Source: an uncultured Clostridia bacterium (lineage in GTDB: Bacteria; Acidobacteriota; Aminicenantia; UBA2199). Taken from it: a stretch of DNA of 64,000 bases. Of this stretch, positions 57,090 to 64,000 are shown piece after piece; the stretch's first letter is position 1; every line of letters starts with the position of its first letter. Location: contig CAYZNT010000018.1 of assembly GCA_964479735.1 (NCBI GenBank), forward strand, positions 3,093 to 67,092. The letters run 5' to 3'. The notes under the pieces are model-generated. The model was not told the DNA's origin. It worked only from the letters and a program-made list of their open reading frames with translations, and did no database searches. The position numbers and the translations under genes are program-made.

Positions 57090-58265
57090 TCACGCCGCCG
57101 GATCGCGGCGCCGCATGGCGGCGACCAGCGGCGCCCCCGCCAGGAGGAAGAACCCGCCCAGGGCCACGAAGGCCGCGGAGAGGGAGACCCCGTCGGCCAG
57201 CCGCCCGAAGAGCGGCGAGACCAGGATGAAGGCGACGCTGCCGGCCATCGAGGCCAGCGAGAGGACGGTGGCGCGCACGTCGGAGGAGACGGCCCGGTTG
57301 AGCTTCTCGAGCAGCACGGGGTAGGCCAGGTTCCAGAGCAGGGCGTTGGCCGGCACCAGCGGCAGCAGCCAGGCGCTCGGGAAGAGCCCGAGCAGCAGGA
57401 AGAAGAGGGGGCTGAGCAGCGCCAGCGCCAGCATGGTCTGCGACCCGAGACGCTCGCCCCAGGCGTGCGCCCAGCCGCCGCCCAGGGCCCCGGCCAGCTG
57501 GTAGAGGGCGAACAGGACGCCGAACCAGCCCACCCCGATGCCCAGCTCCCGGTAGAGGAGGAAGTAGGCCCAGAGCCCGGTCAGCTGGCAGGCCATGAGC
57601 AGGCCGCAGAAGAGGACCACCGGCCGGGTGCGGGGGTCGGCCAGGCAGCGGCGGCAGATGAGCAGCAGGTCGCGCAGCGGGTTGGCCGAACGGCGCGCCT
57701 CGCGCTCCGGCTCCACCAGGGTGAAGGCCAGCGGCGGCATGAGCAGGGCGGAGGCCGCGTTGGCCAGGAACGGCAGGCGCAGGAAGAGCGACGCGGCCGC
57801 CCCCCCGCCCACCGACGACACGGCCGTGCCGGCGCGGGCCAGCAGCGCGCAGCGCCCCTCGAAGCGCTTGTACTCCTCCTCCCGCCCCAGCGCCTTCAAC
57901 GAGTCGAACAGCAGGGCCGAGTCGCAGCCCGTGCGCATGGAGACGGAGACGGCCAGCACCGCCTCGGCCAGAACGAAAGCGGCGAAGCCCCGCCCGGCGG
58001 CATAGGCGGCCATCCCCAGCGGAAAGAAGAGGGCCCCGAAAACCAGGGTCTTGCGGCGCCCGATCACGTCGGCCAGGTAGCCGGAGGGCACCTCCAGCAG
58101 CAGCACCGCCAGGTGGAAGATGGCCTGGATGGTGAAGATCTGGGTGGAGTCCAGGCCGTTGGCCTTGTAGTAGGGAACCAGCACCGGGGCGATGGGCAGG
58201 AAGTCGCCCAGGAACTTCATGGCCAGCAGCCGGCGGAGATTGCGGCCCGGGTCAGCCCCCGCCAT
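57090..58265 (-). CDS. MFS transporter
   Basis: LEVPSGYLADVIGRRKTL, SALLFDSL, RATVLS. About 12 TM. Confidence 0.9.
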   Translation of the reverse strand: MAGADPGRNLRRLLAMKFLGDFLPIAPVLVPYYKANGLDSTQIFTIQAIFHLAVLLLEVPSGYLADVIGRRKTLVFGALFFPLGMAAYAAGRGFAAFVLAEAVLAVSVSMRTGCDSALLFDSLKALGREEEYKRFEGRCALLARAGTAVSSVGGGAAASLFLRLPFLANAASALLMPPLAFTLVEPEREARRSANPLRDLLLICRRCLADPRTRPVVLFCGLLMACQLTGLWAYFLLYRELGIGVGWFGVLFALYQLAGALGGGWAHAWGERLGSQTMLALALLSPLFFLLLGLFPSAWLLPLVPANALLWNLAYPVLLEKLNRAVSSDVRATVLSLASMAGSVAFILVSPLFGRLADGVSLSAAFVALGGFFLLAGAPLVAAMRRRDPAA

Positions 58266-58340
58266 CCGGCCCTCCTGTTCGGGGACGGCCGGGACGACCC
58301 GGGAGCCGGCGCCCGCTCCGTTCGCCAACGTCGGCCGCGG

Positions 58341-60035
<1,695 letters not shown>

Positions 60036-60078
60036 GTGGCGGTCTCCCTCTCGTCTCGTTTCACGGTTCGCCCCGGCC

Positions 60079-61554
60079 TCAGGCCGGCTGCCCCGGCTGC
60101 CGCTCCAGCCAGGCCTGCGCGGCCTGCAGCCGGCGCAGCACGGTTTCGCGGCCCAGGGTCTCCAGCAGCTCGAACAGCCCGGGGCCGCCGGAGACGCCGG
60201 AGACCGCCAGCCGGGTGGGGTGGATCAGCTTGCCGGCGGACAGGCCCATCGCCTCCGCCTGGCGGCGGTACATCTCTTCCAGCGCCGGGGCGGAGAACGG
60301 CTCCACGGCGGCCAGCCCGGAGGCCAGCGCCGCCAGCACCGCGCGCGCCTCGGGCTTGAAGTGCTTCCGCGCCGCCCCCTCCTCGTAGAGACCGGGGTCG
60401 GAGAAAAAGTAGGCGGCCTGGTCGGCGATCTCGACGACGCGCCGGGCGCGGTCCTTCATCAGCTCCACCACCCGCAGCAGGTAGGGGTCGCCGGCGGGGC
60501 GTTCCGCGCCGACCAGCCCGGACGCCCGCCAGCGCCGCTCCACCTCGGGCAGCAGCTCGGCGGCGGGCCGCTGGTGCAGGTAGTGGCCGTTCATCCACTC
60601 CAGCTTGGCCTCGTCGAACACCGCCGCCTTGGGCGTCACCCGCTCCAGGCTGAAGCCGGCGATCATCTCGTCCATGGCCATCAGCTCGCGGTCGCCCCCC
60701 GGGTTCCAGCCCAGCAGGGCCAGGAAGTTGACCAGCGCCTCGGGGGTGAAGCCGTTGCGCTGGAAGTCGAGCACGGAGGCGGCGCCCTTGCGCTTGGACA
60801 GCTTGCCGCCGCCGGGGGCCAGGATCACCGGCAGGTGGGCGAAGAGCGGCGGCGTCCAGCCGAAGGCCTCGTAGAGCAGCACGTGGCGCGGGGTGGAGGA
60901 GATCCACTCGTCGCCGCGCATGACGTGGCTGATCTCCATCAAGTGGTCGTCCACCACGTTGGCCAGGTGGTAGGTGGGGAAGCCGTCCGACTTCAGCAGC
61001 ACCTGGTCGTCGAGCACGCCGCTGGCGGTCTCGATGCGTCCGCGGATCAGGTCGTGGAAGACCACCGGCCGGTCGTCGGGCACCTTCAGGCGCACGACGT
61101 GGGCCGTCCCCGCCGCCAAGCGGGCCTCGACCTCGGAGGGCGCCAGCGAGCGGCAGCGGCGGTCGTAGCCGGCGCCGCCGGCCAGGCCCTGCCGCTCCTG
61201 CTCCTGGCGCAGCGCGGCCAGCCGTTCCTCGCTGCAGAAGCAGCGATAGGCGCCGCCCCGGGCCAGCAATTCGTCCGCCTGGCGGCGGTAGAGGTCCGTG
61301 CGCTGCGACTGGAAGTAGGGGCCGGCCCGGCCGCCCGCTTCCGGGCCCTCGTCCCAGTTCAGCCCCAGCCAGCGCAGCGAGGCGAAGATCTCGTCGAGGG
61401 CCTCCTGCTGGAAGCGCTTGCGGTCGGTGTCCTCGATGCGCAGGAGGAAGGCGCCGCCGTGGTGGCGGGCGAACAGGAAGTTGAACAGGGCGGTGCGCGC
61501 GCCGCCCACGTGGAGGTAGCCGGTCGGCGAGGGGGCGAAGCGGACCCGGATCAT
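60079..61554 (-). CDS. gltX: Glutamate--tRNA ligase
   Basis: [48 protein letters not shown]. Confidence 0.96.
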   Translation of the reverse strand: MIRVRFAPSPTGYLHVGGARTALFNFLFARHHGGAFLLRIEDTDRKRFQQEALDEIFASLRWLGLNWDEGPEAGGRAGPYFQSQRTDLYRRQADELLARGGAYRCFCSEERLAALRQEQERQGLAGGAGYDRRCRSLAPSEVEARLAAGTAHVVRLKVPDDRPVVFHDLIRGRIETASGVLDDQVLLKSDGFPTYHLANVVDDHLMEISHVMRGDEWISSTPRHVLLYEAFGWTPPLFAHLPVILAPGGGKLSKRKGAASVLDFQRNGFTPEALVNFLALLGWNPGGDRELMAMDEMIAGFSLERVTPKAAVFDEAKLEWMNGHYLHQRPAAELLPEVERRWRASGLVGAERPAGDPYLLRVVELMKDRARRVVEIADQAAYFFSDPGLYEEGAARKHFKPEARAVLAALASGLAAVEPFSAPALEEMYRRQAEAMGLSAGKLIHPTRLAVSGVSGGPGLFELLETLGRETVLRRLQAAQAWLERQPGQPA

Positions 61555-62306
61555 TTGAACAGCAGCTCCCGCTGGCGGTCGATCACGTAGCGCATGATGC
61601 GGCTGCGCTGGGCATGCAGCTGGGGGTTGCGCGACTCGGACAGGAACATGACCCCCCACAGGCTGTCGCCGGTGGGCAGCGTCTTGCGGTAGCGCACCTC
61701 GGCCCACATCTCCAGCGCCGGCCCTTCCGGGCGCAGGGCGAAGCTGGCCGCGACCAGGTCGCCCTTGTCCAGGTCGATGGCCGGCCGGCCGCTCATGGCC
61801 AGGCCGCCGCCGGAGATGTCTTCCAGGCGGGTCTCGAAGAGCTCGGGCGCGTGCTCCAGCACCGCCGACATCACCGGCCGGTCGGCGCCGCCCTTGTGGA
61901 TGCGGAAGGTGACGGCAATGACCGGGCTCTTGGGGGCGTCCACGCGGAAGTAGTCGCGCCGCTCGCCGTCGCGGAGCGCGCCGGGAATCCCCAGCGCCAT
62001 GGCCCGGATCTCGCGGTTCCGCAGCCGGAAGGTGGTGTGGCCGGCGATTTGGGTGGAGAAGATGAAGCGCAGGGTCTTGACCTCGAAGAACACGTCGATG
62101 GACTCGCCGCGCGCCAGCGGCCGGGCGCCGGGAGAATCGGCCGAGGGCTCGTCGACGATGAGCGTCTTCGCCGCCGGGTCGAACTGCAGCATCCGGCTCT
62201 TGTAGACCGATGGCGCCTCGCCGTCCTCCTTCAGGAGGGTGACGTTCTCGTTCGCTTCGCAGGCCATCTCCAGGATGTCCCGCTCCGATTCGCTGAGCGG
62301 TGCCAT
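61551..62306 (-). CDS. YcgR-like PilZ-domain c-di-GMP receptor
   Basis: RRDYFRV (RxxxR), EDISGGG (DxSxxG). ATGA overlap with gltX. Confidence 0.82.
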   Translation of the reverse strand: MAPLSESERDILEMACEANENVTLLKEDGEAPSVYKSRMLQFDPAAKTLIVDEPSADSPGARPLARGESIDVFFEVKTLRFIFSTQIAGHTTFRLRNREIRAMALGIPGALRDGERRDYFRVDAPKSPVIAVTFRIHKGGADRPVMSAVLEHAPELFETRLEDISGGGLAMSGRPAIDLDKGDLVAASFALRPEGPALEMWAEVRYRKTLPTGDSLWGVMFLSESRNPQLHAQRSRIMRYVIDRQRELLFK

Positions 62307-62392
62307 GCCCCGTATTCTACTCACGCGGCCGGCCGCCGTCAAGGAGTCGCCGCCGGCGTGACAGGGCCTCCTCCCCGTGCTACCATCCGGCC

Positions 62393-63463
62393 ATGAGCCC
62401 ACGACGAGCGCTGCCGCTGCTTTTGCTGCCTCTGGCCGCCGCCCTGCTGCCGTCCGCCGGCGAGCGCCCGGTGCGCGACCCGGTCGGTTTCTGCTGGACG
62501 CCGGCGGCCATGGCCCGGCTGGTCGCCTGCCTGGAGGAACGGGCCGGCCCGGAGGTTGCCGCCCCCGCCGCGCCGGTGGCGGCGGTTTCTCCCCACGACG
62601 ATTACCTCTACGCCGGTCCGGTCTATTTCCCCCTTTTCCGCTCCCTCCGGGTCCGCGAGGCCATCGTCTTCGGCGTCACCCACGCCGCCGTGCGCCGGGA
62701 GATCGGCGACCCCGAGGGAGTGCTGCTGCTGGACGCGTACACCGCCTGGACCGGCCCCTACGGCCCGGTGCCGGTGTCCCCCCTGCGCGAGCGCATCCGC
62801 GCCGGGCTGGCTCCCGGCGACACCGTGGTGAGCGACCGGGCGCACGAGCTGGAGCACTCCATCGAGGCGCTGCTGCCCTTCCTGCAGCACGGCAGCCGCG
62901 AGGTGGCCATCACCCCGGTCATGGTCACGGCCATGCCGTTCCGGCGCATGGAGGAGCTGGCCGGCCGGCTGGCGCCGATCGTCGCCGGGTACCTGCGGGA
63001 GAAGAACCTGCAGCTGGGGCGCGACGCCGTCATCCTGGTCTCCGCCGACGCCAACCACTACGGCCCCGATTTCCAGAACACCTGTTTCGGGGAGGGGGAG
63101 GCGGGCCACCGGGCGGCCACCGCCAACGACCGGCGCCTGATCCGCGACCATCTCGAGGGCCCGCTGTCCGCCCGCCGCCTGCAGGCCCTGGCCGGCGAGC
63201 TCTGGGGCGCCACCCCCCGCGACGGGGGCCGCACGACCTGGTGCGGCAAGTTCTCCATTCCCCTGGGGCTGCTGGTCGCCGACCGGGTGGCCCGCGCCGC
63301 CCTGGGCCGGCCGCTGCGGGGCCGGCTGCTGCGCTACGGGGACACCTGCTCGCTGGGGGTGCTGCCGCTGGCCGGCGACGGCTTCGGCATCACCGCCCCC
63401 TTCTCCCTGCGGCACTGGGTCGGCTTCTTCTCGGCCGCCTGGGATATCGCGCCCCGGGATTGA
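62393..63463 (+). CDS. MEMO1-family (AmmeMemoRadiSam protein B-like) protein with signal peptide
   Basis: SPHDDYLYAG, FGVTH, EHSIEALLPFLQ, VSADANHYG, TWCG. N-terminal MSPRRALPLLLLPLAAALLPSA. Confidence 0.8.
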   Translation: MSPRRALPLLLLPLAAALLPSAGERPVRDPVGFCWTPAAMARLVACLEERAGPEVAAPAAPVAAVSPHDDYLYAGPVYFPLFRSLRVREAIVFGVTHAAVRREIGDPEGVLLLDAYTAWTGPYGPVPVSPLRERIRAGLAPGDTVVSDRAHELEHSIEALLPFLQHGSREVAITPVMVTAMPFRRMEELAGRLAPIVAGYLREKNLQLGRDAVILVSADANHYGPDFQNTCFGEGEAGHRAATANDRRLIRDHLEGPLSARRLQALAGELWGATPRDGGRTTWCGKFSIPLGLLVADRVARAALGRPLRGRLLRYGDTCSLGVLPLAGDGFGITAPFSLRHWVGFFSAAWDIAPRD

Positions 63464-63522
63464 CTTTTCGCGGCGGATGTAATATAGAAACTTTTTAACA
63501 AAACCCTCGGGAGGGAAACCAC

Positions 63523-64000
63523 ATGACAATCGGCAAGCGGATTCTCGCAGCGACCGCCGCCATGCTCCTGGCCACCGGCCTGGCAGCCAACGGCCTCAAC
63601 CTCAACGGCGTGGGCTCCAAGGCCATCGCCATGGGCGGCGCCTTCATCGGCCTGGCCGACGACTACAGCGCCGTCTTCTGGAACCCGGCCGGCCTGACCC
63701 AGATCAAGTCGCCGACCCTGTTCCTGTTCGAGACCAACCTCATCCCCACCGGCACCTACCAGCTGCCCCTCTACGGCATCGACGCCCAGACCAAGGCCTC
63801 GGTCTACCCCTCGGGCTCGCTGGGCTTCATCAAACCGCTGAACGACAAGGTGGTCGTCGGCCTGGCCGTCTACGTGCCGTCGGGCACCGGCGCGAAGTGG
63901 GACGGCGCCGACCTGGCCCTGCTGGCCAGCGGGCAGAACCTCAAGTGGGAGAGCATGATGGCCATCGCCACCATCTGCCCGGTGATCGCCGTGCAGGTGA
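63523..64000 (+). CDS. FadL/OmpP1-family outer-membrane transporter (3' end runs off the window)
   Basis: Manual translation: MTIGKRILAATAAMLLATGLAANGLNLNGVGSKAIAMGGAFIGLADDYSAVFWNPAGL. SD GGAGGG. Confidence 0.9.
   Translation, partial: MTIGKRILAATAAMLLATGLAANGLNLNGVGSKAIAMGGAFIGLADDYSAVFWNPAGLTQIKSPTLFLFETNLIPTGTYQLPLYGIDAQTKASVYPSGSLGFIKPLNDKVVVGLAVYVPSGTGAKWDGADLALLASGQNLKWESMMAIATICPVIAVQV

Overview
A very GC-rich (about 70% by eye), gene-dense bacterial chromosome segment from a diderm organism (Kdo/heptose LPS genes, porins, FadL). About 65 CDS can be supported. I found no rRNA, tRNA, CRISPR array, IS element or prophage. Most content is housekeeping: apgM, xerD, ndk, purA, rlmN, eno, methylmalonyl-CoA mutase large subunit, kdsA/kdsD/kdsC, gmhA, gdhA, glnS, gltX and two class I aminotransferases. 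The accessory islets are (i) a lipoprotein-metacaspase gene pair flanked by a stand-alone AraC and a membrane-spanning alpha/beta-hydrolase; (ii) a secreted subclass B1 metallo-beta-lactamase; (iii) pstS plus porin, with a perfect 20-bp palindrome over a near-consensus -10; (iv) a sigma-less STAS/RsbW/RsbU partner-switch module translationally coupled between ndk and purA; (v) an actinobacterial-type SecA2; (vi) BlaI plus an M56-M23 fusion with its operator; (vii) an orphan ThiF/ThiS pair; (viii) two adjacent secreted Cys-rich paralogues with near-identical promoters, one carrying five 38-aa CWCC repeats; (ix) a TPR-PBP pair; (x) a signal-peptide-bearing MEMO1 homologue. At least eight genes appear leaderless (-10 hexamer 6-9 nt before the ATG, no SD). 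Product calls come from motif recognition only, with no database searches. Several start codons were re-picked relative to the ORF track.
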